A stretch of DNA of 60,041 nt. Origin: an uncultured Eubacteriales bacterium. GTDB taxonomy: Bacteria > Bacillota > Clostridia > Oscillospirales > Oscillospiraceae. Location of the stretch: contig USQL01000001.1 of the NCBI GenBank assembly GCA_900556935.1, forward strand, positions 1 to 60,041. The letters run 5' to 3'. The notes beneath the pieces were generated by a model, which saw only the letters and a list, made by a program, of their open reading frames with translations, did no database searches and was not told the origin of the DNA. Shown here piece by piece: positions 35,886-45,846 of the stretch. The stretch's first letter is position 1; each line of letters begins with the position of its first letter. The position numbers and the translations under genes are program-made.

Positions 35886-37538
35886 TCACTGGGAGACAAA
35901 CTTCCACAGGCTGTATTCTCCCCGGACGCTGCCCACCTCCACCGCCTGGGCACCGGGGGCATAGTAGGCCCGGATATAGCGCAGCACCGGCTCAACATCG
36001 TTGCTCATCAAAAGAACTCTATCGGAGTCCACCAAATCCCGGTAGGGGTTGCGGATTCCATAGGCCTCATTCCGCTGCTTTACATAGGGGCTTTCCGTCA
36101 GCCAGCCGCCCAGCTGGCCAATATTGGCATAATACCCCATTCCGCCCTGCCGCCCGGGCAGCCGATCCGCAGGCAGCTCGTCCGTCCGGGTAAAATAGAA
36201 CCTGTCCGTGTCGGCGGCCAGAACCTGGTAGGCGCTCTGCAGATGGGCCCCGCCCACATAGCGCTCCATGGCATCGTCCTTCCGGGCCAGGAAGCTGGGC
36301 ACCTGGCTCAGCGCCACGGCCAGGGCCAGCAGCGCGCAGCCGCGCCCGGTCAGTTCCCGGAACTGATTCCTGCGGGAAATCACCAGCAGAACCGCGCACA
36401 CCGCAATCACCAGTGCGCCGTCCACCCGTTCCCGCAGTCCTCTTCCGGAATAGAGGAGCCACGCCTCCGTACCGAACAGTGCCAGCACCTCATAGAGAAC
36501 CAGCGGCAGGCGCTTCTTTCCGCCGCAGACCACCGCCAGCAGAAGCGCCATCAGAAGTCCCGCCACGAAATCATAGCGCATCAGCCCACAAACCGCGCTC
36601 TTTCCGCTGCCGACAAGCGCCCTGACGGAAAAGGTCTGCCGCTCCTTGGCCTGGCAGAGGGCCTCCATGGTCTCCACGTTGAACCGCTCCGGGTCCCCAA
36701 AGTCCCAGCTTTTGTACAGGGCCAGGTCCTCCTCCGTAATGCCAAGGGAGGTGTATAGCGCCCGGTTTTCCTCATATTCCGGGAAGCCGTAGTCCATCAG
36801 CTCCGTGCGAAGCTGATTGTAGCGCTGATAGGCCTGCCAGTCTTCCCCGGCATAGGCCCGGTTTTCCGCAAAAACCAGCCCTCCGCAGATTCCAAAAAGG
36901 GTGCAAAAGCTTAGCACCATCGCCCCAATCTGCTTTTTCTCCCCACGCTTCCAGCACTCCGCCAGCTGCCACAGGCCCACGCCCGCCATGGGAATCAGCA
37001 CCATGGCAAAGGCCGTATTTCGCAGGCAGAAGCCAAGCAGGGACAGCAGGAGCCCCGGAAGATAGCCATACCACTTCCGCCGTGCCTGCGCCGCCTCAAA
37101 CAGCAGCAGCATCCCTGCAGCCGCCGCGCAGCCGGATATCTTCGTGTATTGCAGCCGGAACAACTCTGTCTGAACCAGCAGCACCGTCAGAACCGCCAGC
37201 ACCGGCAGCGCCTCGGGCAGGTGCCGCTCTTTGAGAATCAGCCAGTACAGCGCCGCCATGCTGAGCCCCAGAATTCCCAGCTCCGCCAGATAATACCAGG
37301 GCGCGGACGGCACCGTCCGCTGCAAAAACGCCAGCACCGCCCCCAGCGCCGGGTTGATATAGATGAGCTTTCCCTCCGGTGTACCGTAATAGCCGTAGGA
37401 CAGGGAGGCCATGATGGCATCGTCATTGGTGTCGTATACCAGCACACCAAAAAGCCGAAATGCCGCCATCAGCCCCAGGCTCAGGCCGAAGGCCAGCAGA
37501 ATATCTCTGTATTTCTCCGGAATCCATGTTTTTTTCAT
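35886..37538 (-). CDS. Polytopic membrane protein, possibly a GT-C-type glycan modifier
   Basis: First TM followed by YDTNDD loop, about 10 TM helices and two extracellular loops. Confidence 0.6.
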   Translation of the reverse strand: MKKTWIPEKYRDILLAFGLSLGLMAAFRLFGVLVYDTNDDAIMASLSYGYYGTPEGKLIYINPALGAVLAFLQRTVPSAPWYYLAELGILGLSMAALYWLILKERHLPEALPVLAVLTVLLVQTELFRLQYTKISGCAAAAGMLLLFEAAQARRKWYGYLPGLLLSLLGFCLRNTAFAMVLIPMAGVGLWQLAECWKRGEKKQIGAMVLSFCTLFGICGGLVFAENRAYAGEDWQAYQRYNQLRTELMDYGFPEYEENRALYTSLGITEEDLALYKSWDFGDPERFNVETMEALCQAKERQTFSVRALVGSGKSAVCGLMRYDFVAGLLMALLLAVVCGGKKRLPLVLYEVLALFGTEAWLLYSGRGLRERVDGALVIAVCAVLLVISRRNQFRELTGRGCALLALAVALSQVPSFLARKDDAMERYVGGAHLQSAYQVLAADTDRFYFTRTDELPADRLPGRQGGMGYYANIGQLGGWLTESPYVKQRNEAYGIRNPYRDLVDSDRVLLMSNDVEPVLRYIRAYYAPGAQAVEVGSVRGEYSLWKFVSQ

Positions 37539-37604
37539 ACGCTTTCCTTTCTTGCAAAAAATGCACCGCCGCTTTGGGGGCGGCGGTGCAGGAGGATTCG
37601 CGTC

Positions 37605-38012
37605 TTACAGGTACTTCTTCATACCCTCGGAAGCGGTCTCGGGGTCGGCGGAGATGGTCATGGTGATTTCCATGTTGTTCTCCTTGGCAAACGTTGCCAC
37701 CCAATCCACAAAGGCCTCGTTGGCAGCCTGGTCCTGACCGATGGTCTTATACAGGTTGTCGATGAACACGTTGGTAATATCGAAGTTGCCTGCGTGCAGG
37801 CCGCTCAGGAAGCCCTTCAGCATATCCGGAGAGCTGATGCCGTACTCCTGGGAGTCCACCAGACGAACCTTGTAAGTAACGTCATAGGTCAGCTTCTTGC
37901 CATACTCGATGCAGACAACATCGCCGTGGGCATCCGCCACAGCGGCGTTGATGGCAGCGATCAGCTTTTTGGTCTTACCGGAGCCCTTCAGGCCCATAAT
38001 AACATGAATCAT
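37605..38012 (-). CDS. Small P-loop protein of unknown function
   Basis: GLKGSGKT near the N-terminus, GFLSG and VFIDN; RBS AAGGAGG. Confidence 0.75.
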   Translation of the reverse strand: MIHVIMGLKGSGKTKKLIAAINAAVADAHGDVVCIEYGKKLTYDVTYKVRLVDSQEYGISSPDMLKGFLSGLHAGNFDITNVFIDNLYKTIGQDQAANEAFVDWVATFAKENNMEITMTISADPETASEGMKKYL

Positions 38013-38115
38013 CGGAATTTCCTCCTTTGCTATACCAAAATAAATCTGGCTTGGTATCATTCTACCAGCAATCGGCTGTTTTTGCAATAGGGAATTTTAC
38101 AAAATGCCGACTCTT

Positions 38116-39423
38116 TTACTTCTCCTCGTAGCCGGGCTTGCCCAGGAGCTTGAACATGTTGCGCTTATAGAACTCCACACCGGGCTGATTGAAGGGATTG
38201 ACATCCAGAATATAGGCGGAAACGCCGCAGCACAGCTCCAGGAAGTAGAACATCTCGCCCACCTTCCGGTCGTTGAGCTCGCCGCAGTCCATGGTGATGA
38301 CGGGCACGCCGCCGTCCACATGGGCAGCCAGGGTGCCGAGGAACGCCTTCTCGTCTACGAAATCCAGGGTCTTGCCCTCCAGGTAGTTCAGGCCGTCCAG
38401 GTTCTTCTCGTCCCCGGAAATAACCATCTTCTTTTCGGGCGCGTCGAAGCGGACCATGGTCTCGAAGATATTGCGCTGGCCCTGCTGAATCATCTGGCCC
38501 AGGGAGTGCAGGTCGGCGGTGAACTCGGCGGTTACGGGGAAGATGCCCTTGCCATCCTTGCCCTCGGACTCACCGAAGAGCTGCTGCCACCAGCCGCCGA
38601 ACATCTTAAAGCCCGGCTCAAAGCTCTCAAACAGCTCCATGGACTTGCCGTTGCGGTACAGCAGGTTCCGCACGGCGGCATACAGCCACACGGGGTTGTC
38701 AAAGGAGCGCAGGTCGTAAGTCTCCTTGGCATCCATGGCACCGTTCAGCAGCTCCATGATGTCCACACCGGCCACTGCCAGGGGAAGCAGGCCCACAGGG
38801 GTCAGCACAGAGAACCGGCCGCCCACATTGGCGGGAATCACGAAGGTCTCCCAGCCCTCCTCGTTGGCCATCTGCCGCAGAGCGCCCTTGCAGGGGTCGG
38901 TGATGGCATAAATGCGGCCCTTGGCCCCCTCTGCGCCGTACTTCTTTTCCAGCATCTCCCGCAGGGCACGGGTGGCGATGGCGGGCTCGGTGGTGGTGCC
39001 GGACTTGGAGATAATGGCAATGGAGAAATCCTTGCCCTCCAGCAGGCGGCACAGCTCGTTCCAGTGCCGGGTGCTCAGGCCGTTGCCGGCAAAGTAAATC
39101 TGGGGGTCGCCCTTCCCCTTGCCCATGTTGTGGTTGGGGCCCTGCAGCAGCTCAATGGCCGCCCGGGGTCCTAAGTAGCTGCCGCCGATGCCGATGACCA
39201 CGAACACATCGGAGTCATTCCGGATTTTCCGGGCAGCGCTCTGAATCCGCAGGATTTCCTCATTGGGCTCCCGGGTGGGCAGGTTCTGCCAGCCCAGGAA
39301 ATCATTTCCCGCGCCGGTGCCGTCTACCAGGGTTGCATGGGCCTGGGCCACCTCTTTTTCCATCGCCAGCAGGTCCGGCAGAGAAATCTGGCCCCAGACA
39401 TGGGAGATATCAACCTTAATCAT
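38116..39423 (-). CDS. pgi: Glucose-6-phosphate isomerase
   Basis: GIGGSYLG, SKSGTTTE, GGRFSVL, QQLFGESEGK and NQPGVEFYK. Confidence 0.96.
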   Translation of the reverse strand: MIKVDISHVWGQISLPDLLAMEKEVAQAHATLVDGTGAGNDFLGWQNLPTREPNEEILRIQSAARKIRNDSDVFVVIGIGGSYLGPRAAIELLQGPNHNMGKGKGDPQIYFAGNGLSTRHWNELCRLLEGKDFSIAIISKSGTTTEPAIATRALREMLEKKYGAEGAKGRIYAITDPCKGALRQMANEEGWETFVIPANVGGRFSVLTPVGLLPLAVAGVDIMELLNGAMDAKETYDLRSFDNPVWLYAAVRNLLYRNGKSMELFESFEPGFKMFGGWWQQLFGESEGKDGKGIFPVTAEFTADLHSLGQMIQQGQRNIFETMVRFDAPEKKMVISGDEKNLDGLNYLEGKTLDFVDEKAFLGTLAAHVDGGVPVITMDCGELNDRKVGEMFYFLELCCGVSAYILDVNPFNQPGVEFYKRNMFKLLGKPGYEEK

Positions 39424-39548
39424 ATTTTCAGGACACGTCCTTTCTGAACTTAAAATGGTTTTCCGGCTCTATGTTACCGCAAAACCCTTCCGGGCGCAAG
39501 TCCTCCGGAAGAAAAAATCGGGGATTTTGAAATTTTTCCATTTTTGTG

Positions 39549-39637
39549 TTGACATTTCTTTTTCCTCATGGTAGAATAAACCGAAATGCGGCGAGAAACC
39601 GTAGTGCGGAGTCTTGCCGGAAGGCAAGTCTTTTTTA
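39549..39637 (+). promoter_or_regulatory. pyr operon promoter and short leader with intrinsic terminator (candidate attenuator)
   Basis: TTGACA-17-(TG)TAGAAT, then hairpin TGCGG-cgagaaa-CCGTA, then CTTGCC-ggaa-GGCAAG with a T6 tract, all before the pyrC RBS. Confidence 0.7.
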
Positions 39638-39662
39638 TGTCTGATGTGAAAGGAGTTTAACC

Positions 39663-40883
39663 ATGGATTTTCGTCTGAAAGCAAACGTGTCCAATACTCC
39701 AAATTCCTCCTTTTTGGACGGTGTTTCCGCCGTTTTCAGAAATGAGGGTTTTTCTTTTCTCAATTCTTCCGAATATACCGTTTTTCCCGGCTTTTGTGAT
39801 GTGCATGTGCATTTCCGAGAGCCGGGTTTTTCTTATAAGGAGACGGTTTTCTCCGGCAGCCGGGCGGCGGCCCGGGGCGGGTACACCGCCGTGTGCACCA
39901 TGCCCAACCTGAACCCGGTGCCGGACAGCCTGGAAGCGCTGCGGCCCCAGCTGGAAAAAATCGCCGATGCCCCCATTGCGGTCTATCCCTACGGGGCGAT
40001 TACCCAGGGCGAGCAGGGCCAGGCCCTTGCGGATATGGAAGCCCTGAGTCCCTACGTCATCGCCTTTTCCGATGACGGTCGGGGCGTGCAGAGCCCGGAC
40101 ATGATGGAGCGGGCCATGGAGGAAGCCAAGGCCCTTGGCAAGCTGATTGTCGCCCACTGCGAGGACAACAGCCTGCTTCGCGGCGGCTACATCCACGACG
40201 GGACCTACGCCAGGAAAAACAACCACAGGGGCATCTGTTCCGAGAGCGAGTGGGGCCCCATCGCCCGGGATTTGGAGCTGGCCGCCAAGACGGGGGCGGG
40301 CTACCACGTGTGCCATATTTCCACCAAGGAAAGCGTGGAGCTTGTACGGCAGGCGAAGAAAAGCGGTGTAGATGTGACCTGTGAGACCGGCCCCCACTAC
40401 CTCGTCATGGACGACAGCTTCCTGCAGGAAGACGGCCGCTTTAAAATGAATCCCCCCCTGCGGGGGGCTGACGACCGGGAAGCCCTGGTGGAGGGACTTC
40501 TGGACGGCACCATCGATATGATTGCCACGGACCACGCCCCCCACAGCGCCGAGGAAAAGGCCAGGGGCCTGGAAAAGAGTGCCTTTGGCGTGGTGGGCCT
40601 GGAAACAGCCTTCCCGATTCTATATACCTATCTGGTAAAGCCCGGCATTCTGTCCTTAGAAGCACTGCTTGAAAAGCTGGTCTGGAACCCCCGGAAGCGC
40701 TTCCGGATTCCCCTGGGCAATGATTTTTCCGTATGGGACCTGAACAGCGAATACAAGGTAGACCCCGCCGAATTCCTGTCCATGGGCAAAGCCACCCCCT
40801 TTGAAGGCTGGACCGTCCAGGGCCGGTGCATGGCAACCTTCTATAACGGGAACGCTGTGTATCAGGCGGACCGTTTCAAATAA
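39663..40883 (+). CDS. pyrC: Dihydroorotase
   Basis: DVHVHFREPG, MPN, FSDDG, AHCED, KMNPPLR and ATDHAPH. Confidence 0.93.
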   Translation: MDFRLKANVSNTPNSSFLDGVSAVFRNEGFSFLNSSEYTVFPGFCDVHVHFREPGFSYKETVFSGSRAAARGGYTAVCTMPNLNPVPDSLEALRPQLEKIADAPIAVYPYGAITQGEQGQALADMEALSPYVIAFSDDGRGVQSPDMMERAMEEAKALGKLIVAHCEDNSLLRGGYIHDGTYARKNNHRGICSESEWGPIARDLELAAKTGAGYHVCHISTKESVELVRQAKKSGVDVTCETGPHYLVMDDSFLQEDGRFKMNPPLRGADDREALVEGLLDGTIDMIATDHAPHSAEEKARGLEKSAFGVVGLETAFPILYTYLVKPGILSLEALLEKLVWNPRKRFRIPLGNDFSVWDLNSEYKVDPAEFLSMGKATPFEGWTVQGRCMATFYNGNAVYQADRFK

Positions 40884-40891
40884 AGAAACTC

Positions 40892-40991
40892 GTAGGGGCG
40901 GCTACCAGCCGCCCGCCAGCCGACGGATCTGAGTGCTTTATTCTAACCGCTCACTTTCAATACGTTTCGGGCGGCTGGTAGCTGCCCCTAT
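40892..40991. repeat. GTAG-type REP pair (REPIN-like) inside the pyr operon
   Basis: GTAGGGGCGGCTACCAGCCGCCCG ... CGGGCGGCTGGTAGCTGCCCCTAT. Confidence 0.82.
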
Positions 40992-41045
40992 AAAAGTGTC
41001 TATTGATTTTACATCGACATAGAGAACATTTTGGAGGAAAAGAAC

Positions 41046-44000
41046 ATGGCAAAAAGAACAGACATCAAGAAAATCCTGATCATCGGCTCCGGCCCTATCG
41101 TCATTGGGCAGGCGGCGGAATTCGACTACGCCGGTACCCAGGCGTGCCTGGCCCTGAAGGAAGAGGGCTATGAGGTGGTCCTGTGTAACTCGAACCCCGC
41201 CACCATCATGACCGATACCACCATCGCCGACAAGGTCTATATGGAGCCCCTGACCCTGGAGTATATCGCCAAAATCATCCGCTACGAGCGTCCGGATGCC
41301 ATCGTCCCCGGCATCGGCGGCCAGACCGGCCTGAACCTTGCCATGCAGCTGGAAAAGAAGGGCATTTTGAAGGAGTGCAACGTGCAGCTGCTGGGCACCT
41401 CCTCCACCTCCATCGAGCGGGCCGAGGACCGGGAGCTGTTTAAGGAGCTGTGCCAGTCCATTGGCGAGCCCGTCATTCCCTCCGAAATCACCTATTCCCT
41501 GGAGGAGGCCAAGGAGGCCGCCAAGCACATCGGCTACCCCGTGGTTCTGCGCCCCGCCTTCACCCTGGGCGGCACCGGCGGCGGCTTTGCCTACAACGAA
41601 GCAGAGCTGGAAGAAATCGGCCTGAACGCATTTAAGCTCTCCCCCGTCCACCAGGTGCTGATCGAAAAGTCCGTCAAGGGCTACAAGGAGATCGAGTTTG
41701 AGGTTATGCGGGATTCCAATGACCACGCCATCACCATCTGCGGCATGGAAAACATCGACCCCGTAGGTGTCCACACCGGCGACTCCCTGGTGGTGGCCCC
41801 CATTATGACCCTCAATGACCACGACCTCAAAATGCTCAACGACTCCGCCATTAAGATTATCCGGGAGCTGAAAATCGAGGGCGGCTGTAACGTCCAGTTT
41901 GCCCTGAACCCCCATTCCTCCGAGTACTACCTCATCGAGGTCAACCCCCGAGTCTCCCGCTCCTCCGCCCTGGCCTCCAAGGCCTCCGGCTACCCCATCG
42001 CCCGGGTCACCGCCAAGATTGCGGTGGGCATGGCCCTGGAGGATATCAAGATTGCCAATACCAACGCAGCCTTTGAGCCTTCCTTAGACTACGTAGTCGC
42101 CAAGCTGCCCCGCTTCCCCTTTGACAAGTTTGCCTCCGCCGCCAACACTCTGGGCACCCAGATGAAGGCCACCGGCGAGGTCATGGGCATTGGCTCCAAC
42201 CTGGAGGAGTGCCTTCTCAAATCCGTCCGCTCCCTGGAAATCGGCGTGTGCCACTTCTATATGCCCAAGTTCGACCACATGGAGACCGACGAAATCCTTG
42301 CCTACCTGAACCAGTTCCGGGACGACACCGTCTTTGCCGTTGCGGAGCTGCTGCGCCGGGAGGTGCCCGTGGCAAAAATCCACGAGGTCACCCAGATTAC
42401 CCCCTACTTCATTGAATCCATCGGCAAAATTGTGGCCATGGAGAAGGAGCTGAAAGCCCACGTTGGGGACGTGGAAACCCTGAAAAAGGCCAAGGCCATG
42501 GGCTTTGGGGACAAGTTCATCAGCATGCTCTGGGGCATAAAGGAAATCGAGGTTTACAATCTGCGCTGCCGCGAGAACCTCTTCCCCGTCTACCGCATGG
42601 TGGATACCTGCCATACGGGCGCGTATATCCCCTACTTCTACTCCTCCTACACAGGGGAGAATGATTCCCGCCTGACGGAAAAGAAGAAGATTGTGGTCCT
42701 GGGCGCTGGCCCCATCCGCATCGGCCAGGGCGTGGAATTCGACTACTCCACCGTCCACGCGGTAAACACCATCCGGGGCGAGGGCTACGAGGCCATCATC
42801 ATCAACAACAACCCCGAAACCGTCTCCACGGACTACACCACCGCCGACAAGCTGTACTTTGAGCCCCTGACCCCCGAGGATGTGATGAACATTCTGCACT
42901 TTGAGGCTCCCCAGGGTGTCATCGCCTCCCTGGGCGGCCAGACCGCCATCAACCTGGCCGACCCCCTGATGGAGCGAGGCGTAAAAATCATCGGCACGGA
43001 CTGCGCCGCCATCGACCGGGCCGAGGACCGCAACCAGTTTGAAAACCTCTTAAACGAGCTGAACATCCCCCGGGCCAAGGGCAAGGCCGTGACCAAGATT
43101 GAGGACGGCATCGCCGCCGCGGCGGAAATCGGCTATCCCGTGCTGGTCCGCCCCAGCTTCGTCCTGGGCGGCCGGGCCATGCAGATTGTGGCAAACGGAG
43201 AGCAGTTGCGCCAGTACCTGCGCACCGCCGTGGAAATCGACGAGGACAAGCCCGTGCTGGTGGATAAGTATATCGAGGGCCGGGAGGTCGAGGTGGATGC
43301 CATCTGCGACGGACGGGATGTGTTCGTCCCCGGCATCATGGAGCTGGTGGAGCGCACCGGTGTCCACTCCGGCGACTCCATCTCCGTCTATCCCCCCTTC
43401 TCCATCTCCGATAAGGTCAAGGGCATCATCCTGCAGTACGCCAAGAAGCTGGGTCTGGGCATCGGCATCAAGGGCCTGTTCAACATCCAGTTCATTGTGG
43501 ACAAGGAAGACCATGTGTATATCATCGAGGTCAACCCCCGCTCCTCCCGGACCGTGCCCTTCCTGAGCAAGGCTACCGGCTACTCCCTGGCAGACATCGC
43601 CACGGAGGTCATCCTGGGCAAGAGCCTCAAAGAGCTGGGCATCTTCGATATCTATCCCACGGAAAAGAGCCGCTGGTACGTCAAAGCCCCCGTGTTCTCC
43701 TTCAATAAGATTCGGGGCCTGGATGCCTACCTGTCCCCGGAGATGAAGTCCACCGGCGAGGCCATCGGCTACGACAAAACCCTGACCAGAGCCCTTTACA
43801 AGGCCCTGCAGGCCTCCGGCATGCGGCTGCAGAACTATGGCACCATCCTGGCCACCATTGCCGACAAGGACAAGCAGGAGGCCCTGCCCCTCATCCGCCG
43901 GTTCTATCAGCTGGGCTTCAACATCGAGGCCACCACCGGCACCGCCAAATTCCTGAAGGAGAACGGCATCCGCACCCACGCCCTGCAGAAAATCAGCGAC

Positions 44001-44213
44001 GGCAGCGAGGAAATCCCCAACGCCCTGCGTCAGGGCCACATTGCCTACGTGCTGAACACCCGGGACCCCGGCTCCGATGCCTCCGACGGCATCCAGATTC
44101 GCCAGATCTGCACCGAGTATAACGTAACCCTCTTCACCGCCCTGGACACCGTCAAGGTGCTGCTGGACGTGCTGGAGGAGACCACCCTGACCATCTCCAC
44201 CATTGATGCTTAA
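41046..44213 (+). CDS. carB: Carbamoyl-phosphate synthase large subunit
   Basis: GSGPIVIGQAAEFDY, two ATP-grasp domains (EVNPRVSRSS and EVNPRSSRT), C-terminal MGS-like domain. Confidence 0.97.
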   Translation: MAKRTDIKKILIIGSGPIVIGQAAEFDYAGTQACLALKEEGYEVVLCNSNPATIMTDTTIADKVYMEPLTLEYIAKIIRYERPDAIVPGIGGQTGLNLAMQLEKKGILKECNVQLLGTSSTSIERAEDRELFKELCQSIGEPVIPSEITYSLEEAKEAAKHIGYPVVLRPAFTLGGTGGGFAYNEAELEEIGLNAFKLSPVHQVLIEKSVKGYKEIEFEVMRDSNDHAITICGMENIDPVGVHTGDSLVVAPIMTLNDHDLKMLNDSAIKIIRELKIEGGCNVQFALNPHSSEYYLIEVNPRVSRSSALASKASGYPIARVTAKIAVGMALEDIKIANTNAAFEPSLDYVVAKLPRFPFDKFASAANTLGTQMKATGEVMGIGSNLEECLLKSVRSLEIGVCHFYMPKFDHMETDEILAYLNQFRDDTVFAVAELLRREVPVAKIHEVTQITPYFIESIGKIVAMEKELKAHVGDVETLKKAKAMGFGDKFISMLWGIKEIEVYNLRCRENLFPVYRMVDTCHTGAYIPYFYSSYTGENDSRLTEKKKIVVLGAGPIRIGQGVEFDYSTVHAVNTIRGEGYEAIIINNNPETVSTDYTTADKLYFEPLTPEDVMNILHFEAPQGVIASLGGQTAINLADPLMERGVKIIGTDCAAIDRAEDRNQFENLLNELNIPRAKGKAVTKIEDGIAAAAEIGYPVLVRPSFVLGGRAMQIVANGEQLRQYLRTAVEIDEDKPVLVDKYIEGREVEVDAICDGRDVFVPGIMELVERTGVHSGDSISVYPPFSISDKVKGIILQYAKKLGLGIGIKGLFNIQFIVDKEDHVYIIEVNPRSSRTVPFLSKATGYSLADIATEVILGKSLKELGIFDIYPTEKSRWYVKAPVFSFNKIRGLDAYLSPEMKSTGEAIGYDKTLTRALYKALQASGMRLQNYGTILATIADKDKQEALPLIRRFYQLGFNIEATTGTAKFLKENGIRTHALQKISDGSEEIPNALRQGHIAYVLNTRDPGSDASDGIQIRQICTEYNVTLFTALDTVKVLLDVLEETTLTISTIDA

Positions 44214-44214
44214 T

Positions 44215-44949
44215 ATGAAACAAGGTATTTTTGAAATCATCCAAAACGAGCCCCTCACCGCCAGCGTCTACCGCATGACGCTGGCGGGGGACACCTCGGC
44301 CATCACCGCCCCGGGGCAGTTTGTAAACATCCGCCTTGCTGGGAAATTCCTGCGCCGCCCCATTTCCGTCTGCGACTGGGAGAACGGGAAGCTGACTCTG
44401 GTCTATAAGGTGGTGGGCCACGGCACCGCACAGATGGCCGCCATGGCACCGGGCGAACACCTGGACCTGCTCACGGGCCTGGGAAACGGCTACGACCTGA
44501 CCCTGACAGGGGGCACCCCTCTTCTGGTGGGCGGCGGCGTTGGCGTTCCCCCCATGTATGGCCTTGCCAAGCGTCTTCGCGCCCTGGGAACACCCGTCCA
44601 GGTGATTCTGGGCTTTAACACCAAGGAAGAAATTTTTTACGAGCAGGAATTTAAACAGCTGGGCTGCGCTGTCACCGTCACCACCGCCGACGGCTCCTAT
44701 GGCGTAAAAGGCTTCGTCACCGACGCCATGAAGGACCTTTCCTACAGCCACTTCTGCGCCTGCGGCCCGGAGCCCATGCTGAAGGCTCTGTATAAAGCCA
44801 GCGTAACCTCCGGCCAGCTAAGCTTTGAAGAGCGCATGGGCTGCGGCTTCGGTGCCTGCATGGGCTGCTCCTGCAAAACCCTGACGGGCAGCAAGCGCAT
44901 CTGCAAGGAGGGCCCCGTGATGAAAAAGGAGGAAATTCTATGGGATTAA
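44215..44949 (+). CDS. pyrK: Dihydroorotate dehydrogenase electron-transfer subunit
   Basis: PGQF, RRPIS, GGGVGVPP, CGP and MGCGFGACMGC...CKEGP. Confidence 0.95.
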   Translation: MKQGIFEIIQNEPLTASVYRMTLAGDTSAITAPGQFVNIRLAGKFLRRPISVCDWENGKLTLVYKVVGHGTAQMAAMAPGEHLDLLTGLGNGYDLTLTGGTPLLVGGGVGVPPMYGLAKRLRALGTPVQVILGFNTKEEIFYEQEFKQLGCAVTVTTADGSYGVKGFVTDAMKDLSYSHFCACGPEPMLKALYKASVTSGQLSFEERMGCGFGACMGCSCKTLTGSKRICKEGPVMKKEEILWD

Positions 44950-45845
44950 ACGTGAATCTCTGTGGAATCCGGCTCGACAATCCGGTCATCCCCGCCTCCG
45001 GCACCTTTGGCTTCGGCTATGAATTCGCAGATCTGTACGATATCAATATTCTCGGCACCTTCTCCTTTAAGGGCACCACAAAGGATGCCCGGTTTGGAAA
45101 TCCCACCCCCCGGATTGCCGAATGCCCCGCGGGCATGATCAACGCCGTAGGCTTGCAGAATCCCGGAGTAGAGGCAGTGATCGAAAAAGAGCTTCCGAAG
45201 CTTCAAAAGGTTTTCCACAAGCCGGTGATGGCCAATGTCTCCGGCTTTTCCGTGGCGGACTACGCCTACACCTGTGAGAAGCTGGACAAGGAGTCCCAGG
45301 TGGGCTGGCTGGAGGTCAACGTCAGCTGCCCCAATGTCCACGGCGGCGGCATGAGCTTCGGCACGGACCCCAAGGCCGCGGCGGAGGTGACGAGGGCCGT
45401 CAAGGCCGTCACTAAAAAGCCCGTGATTGTCAAGCTCTCCCCCAACGTCACGGACATTGTGTCCATTGCCAAAGCCTGCGAAGACGCCGGGGCCGACGGC
45501 ATCAGCCTGATCAACACCATGCTGGGGATGCGCATTGATTTGCGTCGCAGAAAGCCCGTCATCGCCAACACCATGGGCGGCTACTCCGGCCCCGGCATCT
45601 TCCCGGTGGCCCTGCGGATGGTCTACCAGGTGGCCCACGCGGTAAAAATTCCCGTTGTAGGTATGGGCGGCGTGCAGAGCGCCGAGGACGTGCTGGAAAT
45701 GATGATGGCCGGTGCCACCGCCGTTGAGGTGGGAGCCGCCAACCTGGTAAACCCTTGGGCCTGCAAGGAGATCATCGAGGACCTGCCCCGGGTTATGGAA
45801 ACCTACAAGATCGAAAACCTGCAAGATATTATAGGAGGTATCTAA
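44940..45845 (+). CDS. pyrD: Dihydroorotate dehydrogenase B catalytic subunit
   Basis: ASGTFGFG, GNPTPR, NVSCPN, VKLSPN and INT. Confidence 0.96.
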   Translation: MGLNVNLCGIRLDNPVIPASGTFGFGYEFADLYDINILGTFSFKGTTKDARFGNPTPRIAECPAGMINAVGLQNPGVEAVIEKELPKLQKVFHKPVMANVSGFSVADYAYTCEKLDKESQVGWLEVNVSCPNVHGGGMSFGTDPKAAAEVTRAVKAVTKKPVIVKLSPNVTDIVSIAKACEDAGADGISLINTMLGMRIDLRRRKPVIANTMGGYSGPGIFPVALRMVYQVAHAVKIPVVGMGGVQSAEDVLEMMMAGATAVEVGAANLVNPWACKEIIEDLPRVMETYKIENLQDIIGGI

Positions 45846-45846
45846 G

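Noticed and set aside
39581..39637. Canonical PyrR attenuator or a known riboswitch
   Set aside because: The PyrR consensus is not present and the leader is too short for the riboswitch aptamers I can recognise. Kept only as an unclassified candidate.
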